Shown piece by piece: positions 43,236-53,500 of a DNA stretch of 64,000 bases (positions are counted from its first letter, which is position 1; every line of letters starts with the position of its first letter). This stretch comes from Thermomonas sp. (GTDB taxonomy: Bacteria; Pseudomonadota; Gammaproteobacteria; Xanthomonadales; Xanthomonadaceae), in assembly GCA_036405455.1 (NCBI GenBank), contig DASWXO010000008.1, positions 2,731 to 66,730 of the forward strand. The letters are read 5' to 3'. Made by a program: the position numbers and the translations under genes. Under the pieces are notes generated by a model. It was not told the origin of the DNA. It saw only the letters and a list, made by a program, of their open reading frames with translations, and did not search any database.

Positions 43236-46200
43236 TCAATGCAAGACAGCTGCTGACCGATCTGCAGGCCCAGCAGAAGAAACTCGAAAACGACCTGCGC
43301 CAGCAGGCCGAGGCCCTGCCCGAACTCAAGGCGCGGCTTGAAGCCGAGTACAAAGCCGCCCGCGACGCCGGCCGCACCGCCGACACCTTCAACATCTGGC
43401 GCGAGCACCAGGTCACCCAGTCCGCCGTGGCGTGGGTGCTGGCCTGCACCTTCGTGCGCTTTGCCGAAGACACCGGCCTGCTGCCCACCCCGCGCCTGTC
43501 CGGCCCCGGCGACGCCCTGCGCCGCGCTCGCGACGCCTTCGGCGAGTTCGTGCGCCAGCGCCCCACCGATCACGAGCGTCACTACCTGGAATCCGTGTTC
43601 GACGGCCTGGCCGAGTTCCCCGCGCTCACCGGCCTGTTCGGCCGCGCCCACAATCCGCTGTTCGCCATCCCGCCAACGTATGAGGCCGCGCGCGACCTGC
43701 TCGCCTTCTGGCAGCAGACGGATCCGGATACGGGCGCCCTGCGCCACGACTTCAGCGATCCGGTTCTGGACACCCGCTTCCTCGGCGACCTCTACCAGGA
43801 CCTGTCCGAAGCCGCGCGCAAGCGCTACGCCCTGCTGCAGACGCCGGAGTTCGTGGAAGAATTCATCCTCGACCGCACCCTGGAGCCGGCCATCAAGACC
43901 TTCGGGCTGGACGGCATCCGCCTGATCGATCCCACCTGCGGCTCGGGCCACTTCCTGCTCGGCGCCTTCCAGCGCCTGCTGGACCACTGGCAGCGCAGCG
44001 CGCCGGGGCTGGACGCGCGCGAGCGCGTGATCAAGGCGCTCGCCGGCGTCTACGGCGTGGACCTCAACCCCTTTGCGGTGGCCATTGCCCGCTTCCGCCT
44101 GCTGGTGGCCGCGCTCCGGGCCAGCGGCATCCGCACCCTGCGCGAAGCGCCGGGCTGGACGTTCAATGTCACCACCGGTGACTCACTGCTGCATGGCCGC
44201 CGCTTCGACCTGCTAGGTGCGGACGATCTTTCGCAGCGGTATCCGCACGCCTACGCCGCCGAGGACATCGACGCCGTCAACCGCATCCTCGGCCAGCGCT
44301 ACCACGCCGTGGTCGGCAACCCGCCATACATCACCGCCAGCGACAGCGCGCTTAATGCGCTTTATCGCAAGCGCTATTCCGACAGCTGTCACCGTCAGTT
44401 TTCGCTCGGTGTGCCCTTTACCGAGCGCTTCTTCCAGCTGGGCGAACCCCAGGGCGACGCGCCGGCTGGCTATGTCGGCCTGATCACCGCCGACAGCTTC
44501 ATGAAGCGCGAGTTCGGCAAGAAGCTGATCGAGGACTGGTTCCCGCGCCAGGACCTGACCCACCTCATCCACACCTCTGGCGCTTATATCCCCGGCCATG
44601 GCACGCCCACGGTGATCCTGTTCGGCCGCAACCGCGCTCCAGTAGCCAGTACGGTGCGCACTGTGCTCGGCATTCGCGGCGAGCCGTCTCCGCCGGAAGA
44701 TCCGGCGCGGGGATTGGTCTGGCGATCCATCGTGCAACTGACGGACCAGCCCGGTGCGAGAAACGAGTACATCAGCGTGGCCGACATGGAGCGCGAGCGC
44801 TTGGGCAAGCATCCTTGGAGCTTGCAGGGTGGTGATGCCCCATCGGTGCTCGGACAGATCGATGCGGCAGCTTCAGCGCTTTTGGAAAGCGAAGTTGAGA
44901 CTCCGATTGGCCGAGCTGTTCGAATAGCGGAAGAGGATGCGTTTATCTATTCGTCTTCGCGCAAAAAGAATTCATCAATCTCGCAATCAGCGTTTCGGGA
45001 CTACTTGGTGGGGGATGCCGTCCGGGACTGGCACGTTGGCGCTCTGGAAAGTGTTTGGTATCCCTACCACCGTGCTGATGCGGATGAGGTGGCTCTCAAG
45101 GAGCTATGGCCGTGGCGCACTAGATTGGCACGGAGAAAGACATTCCAAGGTGAGATGGAAGATGCGGGACTGTCGTGGTTTGATTACATGCAGCACACGG
45201 CTTCTGCATATCGAACCGAGAAGTCAATCGCTTTTGCTGAGGTCGCCACCCACAACCATTTCGTGCTCGATCGCGGTGGAAAGGTGTTCAAGCAAACGGC
45301 GCCGGTCATCAAGCTTCCGGCCGAAGCCAGCGAGGCCGATCATCTGGGCCTGCTCGGGCTGTTGAACAGCTCGACCGCGTGCTTCTGGCTGCGTCAGAAC
45401 TGCTTTGGAAAGGGTGGCGATCACGTCGGCACGGATGGTGCGCGGGTCGTTAAGACTGCATGGGAGGAACGTTTCGCTTTTAACGCTACGCGCATCGAAG
45501 AATTTCCGCTTATTAGGCAGCGCCCGCTGGAACTCACCCGTCAGCTCGACATGCTGGCCCGCGAACGCGGATCCCATCTCCCTGCGTCGCTCGCCGCCCG
45601 GCTACCGCTCTCGCGCGCGGAATTGGATGCGCACCGTGCCCAGGCCGACGCGCTGTTCGCGCGCATGGTCGCCCTGCAGGACGAGCTGGACTGGTGGAGC
45701 TACCGCCCCTACGGCCTGCTCGGCGACGACCTGACCTTTGCCAGCGAGCCGCCCGGCATCGCCCTGGGCGAGCGCGCCTTCGAGATCGTACTGGCGCGGC
45801 GCATCGCAGCGGGTGAAGTCGAAACCAAATGGTTCGAGCGCCACGGTTCCATCCCGGTCACCGAAGTGCCCGCGCACTGGCCGGCCGACTACCGCGCCCT
45901 GGTCGAGCGCCGCATCGCCCTGATCGAATCCCACCCGTGGATCGGCCTGCTGGAGCGCCCCGAATACAAGCGCCGCTGGAATCAGCCCGGCTGGCACGAA
46001 CTGGAGCAGGCCGCCCTGCGCGGCTGGCTGCTGGACCGCCTGGAAACCCCACGCTACTGGCCCGAGCCGGCCCTGCAGCGCATCGGCGACTTGGCCGCCC
46101 GCGCCGAGCGCGACGCCGACTTCATGGCCGTGGCTGCGCTCTACACCGGCCAGCCCGCCTTCGACCTCGCCGCCCTGCTGCGCGACCTGCTGGACGGCGA

Positions 46201-46858
46201 ATCCGTGCCCGCGCTCAAGGCGCTGCGCTACAAGCCCGCCGGCCTGCGCAAGCGCGCCGACTGGGAGCACACCTGGGCCCAGCAGCGCCGCGAGGACGCC
46301 ATCGACGCCGCCGTGGCCGCCGAGCACCCGCGCCTCGACGGCGAGGACGAGGCCCAGTGGCAGGCCCGGATCAAGCCCGAGCAGGACCAGCGCAGGCTGG
46401 CCGAAGTCGGTCGCCTGCCGGCCCCGCCCAAATACACCAGCGCCGACTTCCTGAAGCCCGTCTACTGGCGCCTGCGCGGCGGCCTGGACGTACCCAAGGA
46501 GCGCTGCTTCACCGTCCCCGACCCGCAGGCCCCCGGCGACTGGCTCTACGGCTGGGCCGGCTGGAACCCCGCCCAGCGCGTCCGCGCCCTGGCCGGCGCC
46601 TTCATCGACGGCATCGAGCGCAGCGGCGCCGCCCCCGCCCAGCTCCTGCCCCTGCTCATCGCCTTGGACGAGGCGCTGCCCTGGGTCCTGCAGTGGCACA
46701 ACGCCATCGACCCCGACACCGACGTCCGCCCCGGCGACTACTTCCGGCAATGGCTCCACGAACAGCTCAACCGCCACCACTGGACCCGCCAGACCCTGGC
46801 CGAGTGGCAGCCCCCGGCCACCGCCCGTCGGGGAAGGCGACCACGGGCCGCCTCCTGA
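43232..46858 (+). CDS. pglX: BREX-2 N6-adenine DNA methyltransferase PglX
   Basis: GTG start overlaps the pglW stop; [10 protein letters not shown] motif I, VVGNPPY motif [27 protein letters not shown]. Confidence 0.94.
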   Translation: MINARQLLTDLQAQQKKLENDLRQQAEALPELKARLEAEYKAARDAGRTADTFNIWREHQVTQSAVAWVLACTFVRFAEDTGLLPTPRLSGPGDALRRARDAFGEFVRQRPTDHERHYLESVFDGLAEFPALTGLFGRAHNPLFAIPPTYEAARDLLAFWQQTDPDTGALRHDFSDPVLDTRFLGDLYQDLSEAARKRYALLQTPEFVEEFILDRTLEPAIKTFGLDGIRLIDPTCGSGHFLLGAFQRLLDHWQRSAPGLDARERVIKALAGVYGVDLNPFAVAIARFRLLVAALRASGIRTLREAPGWTFNVTTGDSLLHGRRFDLLGADDLSQRYPHAYAAEDIDAVNRILGQRYHAVVGNPPYITASDSALNALYRKRYSDSCHRQFSLGVPFTERFFQLGEPQGDAPAGYVGLITADSFMKREFGKKLIEDWFPRQDLTHLIHTSGAYIPGHGTPTVILFGRNRAPVASTVRTVLGIRGEPSPPEDPARGLVWRSIVQLTDQPGARNEYISVADMERERLGKHPWSLQGGDAPSVLGQIDAAASALLESEVETPIGRAVRIAEEDAFIYSSSRKKNSSISQSAFRDYLVGDAVRDWHVGALESVWYPYHRADADEVALKELWPWRTRLARRKTFQGEMEDAGLSWFDYMQHTASAYRTEKSIAFAEVATHNHFVLDRGGKVFKQTAPVIKLPAEASEADHLGLLGLLNSSTACFWLRQNCFGKGGDHVGTDGARVVKTAWEERFAFNATRIEEFPLIRQRPLELTRQLDMLARERGSHLPASLAARLPLSRAELDAHRAQADALFARMVALQDELDWWSYRPYGLLGDDLTFASEPPGIALGERAFEIVLARRIAAGEVETKWFERHGSIPVTEVPAHWPADYRALVERRIALIESHPWIGLLERPEYKRRWNQPGWHELEQAALRGWLLDRLETPRYWPEPALQRIGDLAARAERDADFMAVAALYTGQPAFDLAALLRDLLDGESVPALKALRYKPAGLRKRADWEHTWAQQRREDAIDAAVAAEHPRLDGEDEAQWQARIKPEQDQRRLAEVGRLPAPPKYTSADFLKPVYWRLRGGLDVPKERCFTVPDPQAPGDWLYGWAGWNPAQRVRALAGAFIDGIERSGAAPAQLLPLLIALDEALPWVLQWHNAIDPDTDVRPGDYFRQWLHEQLNRHHWTRQTLAEWQPPATARRGRRPRAAS

Positions 46859-46879
46859 GCCGGGATTCAGGCATGATAT

Positions 46880-46894
46880 TTATCACGGTGATAA
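46880..46894. promoter_or_regulatory. Perfect 7-bp inverted repeat, candidate MqsA operator
   Basis: TTATCAC-G-GTGATAA immediately upstream of the toxin ATG (46900). Confidence 0.55.
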
Positions 46895-46899
46895 GATAG

Positions 46900-47328
46900 A
46901 TGACCAGCCTGTGGCTGATCGACCCGACGCAACTGGTGCCCCCTTCAGGGACCGGAAGCCGGCGTCTCCGCAAGCGTGGAGACCCGCTGATTGATCTGGT
47001 CGCACTGAAGCAAGCAATTTCTGATGGTGCTCTGGAGCGTGAAGATGTCTGGCTGGCGACAGACGACTGCGAGAAGAATGTTCAGGATCTCACCTGGACC
47101 ATCGACGATATCCTCGACTGCCTTGTATGCCTTCGCCCTGAGGACCACAAGAATTCAGAGTGGTGCAAAGACAGGCATGGCAACTGGCATGCCTGCGACG
47201 CTTATGCCATCCGTTATGACGACGCTGCCAAGCGCAGAGTACGCTACAGCGACATCAACTATTACCTGAAGTTTTCATTGGATGAGGACGGCGCTTTGAC
47301 GCTTGTCCTGATCAGTTGCCACGTCTGA
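46900..47328 (+). CDS. mqsR: MqsR-like (RelE-fold) type II toxin
   Basis: W...DAYAI...YYLKF...LISCH pattern; upstream of a Zn-finger HTH antitoxin. Confidence 0.72.
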   Translation: MTSLWLIDPTQLVPPSGTGSRRLRKRGDPLIDLVALKQAISDGALEREDVWLATDDCEKNVQDLTWTIDDILDCLVCLRPEDHKNSEWCKDRHGNWHACDAYAIRYDDAAKRRVRYSDINYYLKFSLDEDGALTLVLISCHV

Positions 47329-47359
47329 CGTTGGACGTGACAGAGAGCCGGAGTAAGTA

Positions 47360-48031
47360 ATGAACCAAGCCAAGACGCGACGCTGCCCTGCCTGCCGACA
47401 GGCAGAACTGCAACCAGCGACCCGTGTCCGCGAGTTCCATCCGCGCGGACGGGCAGCCCCGGTTCGCGTTGAACTGCTGACGTCTGTTTGCCCGTCCTGT
47501 GGCGCCGAAGCTACCTCCGCCGCGCAGCATTCGGAGAACCTGAAGCGGCTCAAGGCGCGCAAGGCGCAGTACGGCGGCGTGTTGCTGGGCGAGGAGATCT
47601 TCTCCCTGCGCCGCCGCTACGGCATCACCCAGCAGGCGGCAGCGAAGATTTTCGGCAAGGGCAAGATCGCGTTTTCGCGCTACGAGAATGAGACATCGTA
47701 CCCGGACGACTCCGCGACGCTGTTGCTCACCCTGGCCATCGAGAAGCCGGAGGTCATCCGCTCGCTGGCAGACAAGGCCGGCGTTGAACTGCCGCTGTGG
47801 GAGGCGCGTTGCGAAGACGAGCGCCGCGCCAAGCTGCACGTCATGAGTGATGTCCTCAAAGTGGATACCGAGAGCAGTCGCGCTCCGGGAGTTGGCGAAA
47901 AACGAGTCGCTTGGTTCCACGTTTTCGGCGGTGGTTTACACCGTGAGGCCAGCTATACATTCGATCATTCAAAACCGGTCGTGAGCGCCAATGACGACCA
48001 CTACGCCATGAAGTCGGCAGGGTTCGCATGA
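47360..48031 (+). CDS. mqsA: MqsA-family antitoxin (Zn finger + HTH) with C-terminal extension
   Basis: CPAC...CPSC; LRRRYGITQQAAAKIFGKGKIAFSRYE; ~70-aa tail. Confidence 0.88.
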   Translation: MNQAKTRRCPACRQAELQPATRVREFHPRGRAAPVRVELLTSVCPSCGAEATSAAQHSENLKRLKARKAQYGGVLLGEEIFSLRRRYGITQQAAAKIFGKGKIAFSRYENETSYPDDSATLLLTLAIEKPEVIRSLADKAGVELPLWEARCEDERRAKLHVMSDVLKVDTESSRAPGVGEKRVAWFHVFGGGLHREASYTFDHSKPVVSANDDHYAMKSAGFA

Positions 48032-48573
48032 AAACTGCGCCAATCCAGTTGAGTCTGCTTTCCTTCCGGCGCATCAGTGTGGAAATCGATGCTGGCCGGA
48101 TTCCAGAGGATGGATCAACGCCGGAGGACGTGGCGTTCGACTTCGACGGCGTCAACATTGCGACCCATGTCAGCTTCTCGCCGGAGGATGAATCCATTCC
48201 GGCCGGAACGGCATTCTTCCTTGCGCTGCGCGTGGTGATCGACAATCAGTCGTCAGACGAAACAGACCTGCGGTTCTCCCCGTACCTGATTGATATCGAG
48301 GCAGGCGCCGTGGTGCGCGCGTTGCCCGGCGCGGAAGTGCTTGGTGATATCCAGGACCTCATTGTCGTTAATGGAACATCGCTGCTCTGGTCGGCGATCC
48401 GGGAGCAGGTCTGCAACCTCACCGCGAGGATGCCGGCAGGCCAGGTGATGCTGCCGACGGTGAATTTCCACGACCTCAAGCGTCAGAACCGCGAGCAGGA
48501 GGCAGACGAGACGTCTGCGGCCAAGCCGAAGGCGAGGCCGGGACGGAAGGCGGCGAAGACTTCCGGCAAATGA
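48028..48573 (+). CDS. SecB-like chaperone of a toxin-antitoxin-chaperone (TAC) module
   Basis: NGTSLLWSAIREQVCNLTARMPAGQVMLPTVNF is a SecB-like C-terminal signature; ATGA overlap with mqsA. Confidence 0.85.
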   Translation: MKTAPIQLSLLSFRRISVEIDAGRIPEDGSTPEDVAFDFDGVNIATHVSFSPEDESIPAGTAFFLALRVVIDNQSSDETDLRFSPYLIDIEAGAVVRALPGAEVLGDIQDLIVVNGTSLLWSAIREQVCNLTARMPAGQVMLPTVNFHDLKRQNREQEADETSAAKPKARPGRKAAKTSGK

Positions 48574-48588
48574 GTTTGCGGAGGTGAC

Positions 48589-48631
48589 TTGCGTCTAACA
48601 TGGCCATGTTATATAACGCGGCCATGTTAGA
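48589..48631 (+). promoter_or_regulatory. Sigma70-like promoter overlaid by palindromic operators
   Basis: TTGCGT (48589-94), 17 bp, TATAAC (48612-17). 16-bp palindrome TAACATGGCCATGTTA (48596-48611). 12-bp IR TCTAACATGGCC/GGCCATGTTAGA (48594-605, 48620-631). Confidence 0.75.
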
Positions 48632-49772
48632 TTCCGATCCAAGGCGGGCTGATCCGGAACGAGCGCACGCAAAGGCGCTGGCGGGCGTGTTTGCCGATCA
48701 AGGCTGGTCGGTGGCTCTTGCGCCGGAGGTGCCAGGCCCTGACCTGCTGGTGTCCAAAGGCCGCCAGCGCTATGCGGTCGAGCTGAAATCCTCCTCGGAA
48801 GGGCGAGCCGACCGGGTCATCCCGCTGCTGTCGCAGGCCATCCTGCAGGCGATGCACCATGCCGCCCGGTCTTCCGGCGCGCGGCCGCTGGCCGTGGTGC
48901 GGGTCGGGCGCCTGACGAAGACCCTGCGCGAACGCGCCAGCCGCTTCCATGCCGAGTATGCTCCGCAGGCGGCCATCGGCCTGATAGACGACGATGGCGG
49001 CCGCTGGTTCGAGGGTGCCGGCCTGGAGGGCCTGAACGCGGAGCCAAAGTCGCACGCGGCGCGGCGCAAGGGTGCGCTGCCCAAGCGCGGCCACGATCTG
49101 TTCTCAGATCTGAACCAGTGGCTGCTCAAGGTGCTGCTGGCGCCGGAGTTGCCCGAGCACCTGTTGGGCGCGCCGCGCCGAGACTATCGGACGGCCGCCG
49201 AGCTGGCCGAGGCCGCGCAGGTGTCGGCGATGAGCGTGTCGCGCTTCATCAAGCGCCTGCGTGAGGAAGGCTTTGTCGACGAGAGCGGTGCCACGCTGCG
49301 CCTGGTGCGGCGCGCGGAGCTGTTTCGGCGCTGGCAGGCGGCCGCCTCGCGCGCCACGCCGGAGTTGCCGATGCGCTTCCTGATGCCGGGGGCGCCACGC
49401 GAGCAACTCGGAAAGGTGGTGGCGCGTCATCCAGAAGCCTGCGTCGGCTTGTTTGCTGCAGCCAGTCTGCTCGATTCGGGGCACGTGGCTGACGGTCTGC
49501 CCTGGGTCTATGTGCGCAAGCTGCCGGAGTTTCCGGATCAGGCGTGGCCGGAGCTGGTCGAGGTCTCGCCCGGCCAGCCGCTGCAGCTCATCCTCAAGCA
49601 AGCGGCCACGCCCGAGTCGGTCTTTCGCGGCGCGGTGCAGGTGCGGGGGGCCTGGGTGTCGGACATCCTGCAGATCTGGCTGGATGTGTCCTCGCATCCG
49701 TCCCGGGGTAGCGAGCAAGCCGACCACTTGGCGCGGACGGTGCTGGCACCCGTGATGGGGCGCGGGGCATGA
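48624..49772 (+). CDS. AbiEi-like type IV antitoxin/regulator (PD-(D/E)xK-like N-terminus, central HTH, AbiEi-type C-terminus)
   Basis: PDLLV...YAVELK; TAAELAEAAQVSAMSVSRFIKRL; SDILQIWLDVSSHPSRGSEQADHL; start 48624 preferred over 48600 because of promoter position. Confidence 0.7.
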   Translation: MLDSDPRRADPERAHAKALAGVFADQGWSVALAPEVPGPDLLVSKGRQRYAVELKSSSEGRADRVIPLLSQAILQAMHHAARSSGARPLAVVRVGRLTKTLRERASRFHAEYAPQAAIGLIDDDGGRWFEGAGLEGLNAEPKSHAARRKGALPKRGHDLFSDLNQWLLKVLLAPELPEHLLGAPRRDYRTAAELAEAAQVSAMSVSRFIKRLREEGFVDESGATLRLVRRAELFRRWQAAASRATPELPMRFLMPGAPREQLGKVVARHPEACVGLFAAASLLDSGHVADGLPWVYVRKLPEFPDQAWPELVEVSPGQPLQLILKQAATPESVFRGAVQVRGAWVSDILQIWLDVSSHPSRGSEQADHLARTVLAPVMGRGA

Positions 49773-50575
49773 GCGAGCAGCTTGCCTTCGGACGCCTGGT
49801 CACCGGCCTGTCGCCGTGGCTGGGGCAACTGGTGTTCGTGGGCGGGTGGGCGTTCCGCCTGTACCGCCTGCATCCGGGCGCGGAGGTGCCGGCGTATCGA
49901 CCGGTAGTGACCCTGGACGCGGATGTCGCCTTCGCCGAGGGCGAGCGCCTGGAGGGCAATATCCGTGCGCGCCTGCTGGACACCGGTTTCGTGGAAAACC
50001 TGATGGGCAACCACCGGCCGCCGGTCTCGCAGTACACGCTGGGCGATGATGTCTCGGGCTTCTATGCGGAATTCCTCACGCCGCTGAGCGGCAGCGGTCG
50101 GCGGCGCGATGGCGAACCGATGGCGACCGTCGCCAGGGCGGGCGTGACCGCCCAGCGCCTGCGCCATCTTGACCTGCTGCTTGAAGTGCCGTGGCAGGTC
50201 AGCCTGGGCGCGGGCTGGGGCGTGGGCCCGGATACGTCGGTTCGGGTTCCCAATCCTGCGAGCTTCATCGCCCAGCGATTGTTGATCCACGACCAGCGGC
50301 TGCCAGGCAAGAAGGCGCAGGACATCCTGTACATCCACGACACGCTGGAGCTGTTCGGCGGACAGCTCGATGTTCTGGGCCAGCTGTGGCGCGACGCGCT
50401 TGCACCTACACTTCACGCACGGCAACGGCGCGAGCTGTTGCAGGCGATTGACACCATTTTCGGCCGCCTGGATGACCGGATCCGCGATGCGGCGGCGATT
50501 CCCGCCGACCGCGAACTGGATCCGGAGCGGATGCGGCAGATGTGCCGGATGGCACTGGGGGACATGCTGGAATGA
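49769..50575 (+). CDS. Nucleotidyltransferase-fold protein (GSU2403/AbiEii-like type IV toxin)
   Basis: VFVGGWA...TLDADVA Pol-beta motif; KKAQDILY; ATGA overlaps on both sides. Confidence 0.78.
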   Translation: MSEQLAFGRLVTGLSPWLGQLVFVGGWAFRLYRLHPGAEVPAYRPVVTLDADVAFAEGERLEGNIRARLLDTGFVENLMGNHRPPVSQYTLGDDVSGFYAEFLTPLSGSGRRRDGEPMATVARAGVTAQRLRHLDLLLEVPWQVSLGAGWGVGPDTSVRVPNPASFIAQRLLIHDQRLPGKKAQDILYIHDTLELFGGQLDVLGQLWRDALAPTLHARQRRELLQAIDTIFGRLDDRIRDAAAIPADRELDPERMRQMCRMALGDMLE

Positions 50576-53500
50576 CCACGATCGGCGACATCTTCACCAT
50601 TCCGGACGCCGTCCACCAGGGCGACTTCGTCCTGCGCCTGACCGAAGGCCTGCAAGCCGACAAGCGCAGGCAGACGATGCAGCAGTACGTGGTCACGCCG
50701 CAGCTGGTGCAGTCCTTCAAGCAGGCGCTGTCGCTGATCGGCAGCGCGGTCACCAGCAACTCGTCCAAGGGCGCCTACCTGCATGGCAGCTTCGGCAGCG
50801 GCAAGAGCCACTTCATGGCGGTGCTGGACATGATCCTGGAAGGCGACGCCGATGCGCGCGCCATTCCCGAGCTGGCCGGCGTGGTACGCGAGGCCAATGC
50901 CTGGTGGGAGGGCGGCCGCTATCTTGTGGTGCCGTTCCACATGATCGGTGCGCGCAGCATGGAGTCGGCGATCTTGGGCGGTTATGCGGCACATGTGCGC
51001 GAGAAGCACCCCGATGCGCCCACGCCCGGCTTCTACCGCAGCGCCGAGCTGATCGAGAACGCGCATCGCCTGCGCGGGCAGATGGGCGACGAGAGTTTCT
51101 TCAAGGCGCTGGGCGGCAGCGGCGGTGGTGATGTTGGCTGGGGCAGCCTGGGAGATGGCTGGGATGCGGCCGCCTATGACGCCGCGGCCGCTGCCGATCC
51201 GGACGATGCCGAGCATCGGCGCCTGGTCGGCGATCTGGTGGATGCCTTCTTCCGCCACCTGCACGCCAACGCCGACACCGACAACTACGTGAGTCTGGAC
51301 CGCGGCCTGGCGGTGATGTCGCAGCACGCGCGCGACCTGGGCTACCGGGCCGTAGTGCTGTTCCTGGACGAGCTGATCCTGTGGCTGGCCAGCCACTCGC
51401 AGGACAGCGCATTCCTCAATCGCGAAGGTCAGAAGGTGGCCAAGCTGGTGGAGGCCGAGGCGGCGGGCCGGCCGATCCCGATCGTGAGCTTCATCGCCCG
51501 CCAGCGCGACCTGCGCGAGCTGGTGGGGGCCTCGGTGCCCGGCGCGCAGCAACTGGCCTTCGCCGATGTGCTGCAGTGGTGGGAGGCGCGCTTCGACAAG
51601 ATCGTGCTGGAGGACCGCAACCTGCCGGCGATCATCGAGCGGCGCCTGCTGCAGCCGCGAGGCGAAGCCGAGAAGCAGCAGGTGCACGATGCCTTTGAAA
51701 AGACCGCGCGCGTGCGCCAGGAGGTTCTGGACATCCTGCTGACCAACGAAGGCGACCGGCGGATGTTCGAGCAGGTCTATCCCTTCAGCCCGGCGCTGGT
51801 GCAGGTGCTGGTGGCGCTGTCGGGGCTGCTGCAGCGCGAGCGCACCGCGCTCAAGCTGATGCTGCAGTTGCTGGTGCAGAGCAAGGACCGCCTGCAGCTT
51901 GGCGACGTGATTCCGGTGGGTGATCTGTTCGACGTCATCATCGATGGCGACGAGCCGTTCACGCCAGTGATCAAGAACCTGTTCGACCGTGCGCGCGGAG
52001 TGTGGAACCGCAAGCTGGTGCCGCTGCTGGAGGCCGACCACGGCGTGTCCAACCAGGACATCCTTGACGGCAACGCCGATCCCCAGGTGGTCCGGCGCTA
52101 CCGCGCCGACGCCGGCATCCTCAAGACCCTGCTGCTGTCCACGCTGGCGCCGGAGGTGGAGGCGCTGCGCAACCTGACCCCGATCCGCTTGGCGGCGCTC
52201 AACCACGGCACCATCCGCTCGCCCCTGCCCAATGGCGAAGCCAGCACGGTGCTGGCCAAGGTCCGCGGCTGGGCCAGCCATGCCGGCGAGATCCAGCTGA
52301 GCCCGGATGCGGCCCAACCGGTCATCACCATGCAGCTCAGCGGGGTGGACGTGGAGGGCGTGCTGGAAAACGCACGCGCCATGGACAACTTCGGCAATCG
52401 CGTGCGGATGGTGAAAGACCTGCTGTTCGGCGAGATCGGCATCGATGCGGCCACCGCACTGCTGGCACCGGAGTACGCTTGGCTGTGGCGTGGTACGCCG
52501 CGGCGTACGGAAGTGCTGCTGCAGAACGTGCGCGAGCTGACCGACGAGAGCATGCGCCCCGGCGACGGCGTGTGGCGATTGCTGGTGGATTACCCGTTCG
52601 ACGAGGATCCGGCGCGCACGCCGGCCGACGACCGGGCGCGGCTGCAGACCTTCCGCGAGCGCGCCGAATCGGTGCGCACCATCGCGTGGATTCCGTCCTT
52701 TCTCAATGATCGTGCCCTCGACGACCTGGGGCGCCTGGTGATCCTCAACCATGTGCTGTCCGGGCCACGTCTGGACGAGTACGGCGCGCACCTGCAGCCG
52801 ATCGAGCGCAGTGAGGCCCGGGCCACGCTCAAGAGCCAGCGCGACCAGTTGGAGCTGCGTGTGCGCGCTGCGCTCAAGCAGGCCTACGGCATTGCCCAGG
52901 GCACCGGTACCGATGTGCACACCAGCCATACGCTGGACGAGCATTTCCAGTCGCTGGCCAACGGCCTGCGGCTGCAGCCTCCGCCGGGCGGCGGCTTCAA
53001 AGAAAGCGTGGAGCACCTGCTGGACCAGGCGCTGGCGCACCAGTACCCGGCGCATCCGAAGTTCGAGGGCGAGGTGCGTCGCTCCGGTCTGAAGCGGTCG
53101 TTGGATGCGTTGCGCGAGGCGGTGGAGTCGGCCGATGGGCGTGCGGGGCTGGGTAGCCAACGCGATGAGATCCGCCGCATTGTCCAGCCGTTGAGGCTGG
53201 CGACGTGTGGCGAAGCCCATCTGTCGCTGGAGGAACACTGGCGCACCCACTTCACCCGCAAGATGGCCGCCGAGCGCGTGGACAACCCCACCGTCCGCCA
53301 GCTCCGGCAGTGGATGGATGAGCCGCACGCCATGGGGCTGCAGGACGACGCCTCGGACCTGGTGATCCTGGCCTGGGCGGCACAGGCGGGTCGCACGCCC
53401 TACCTGCACGGTGCGCCGGTGCAGGCGGAGATCGGCAGCCTGAACCGGGAGTGCGAACTGCGTGAGCAGGCGCTTCCGGACGAAGCGCTGTGGAAGGAAG

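Noticed and set aside
43232-46858. Phase-variable homopolymer tract in pglX as in Streptomyces Pgl
   Set aside because: No long G or C run seen in the gene
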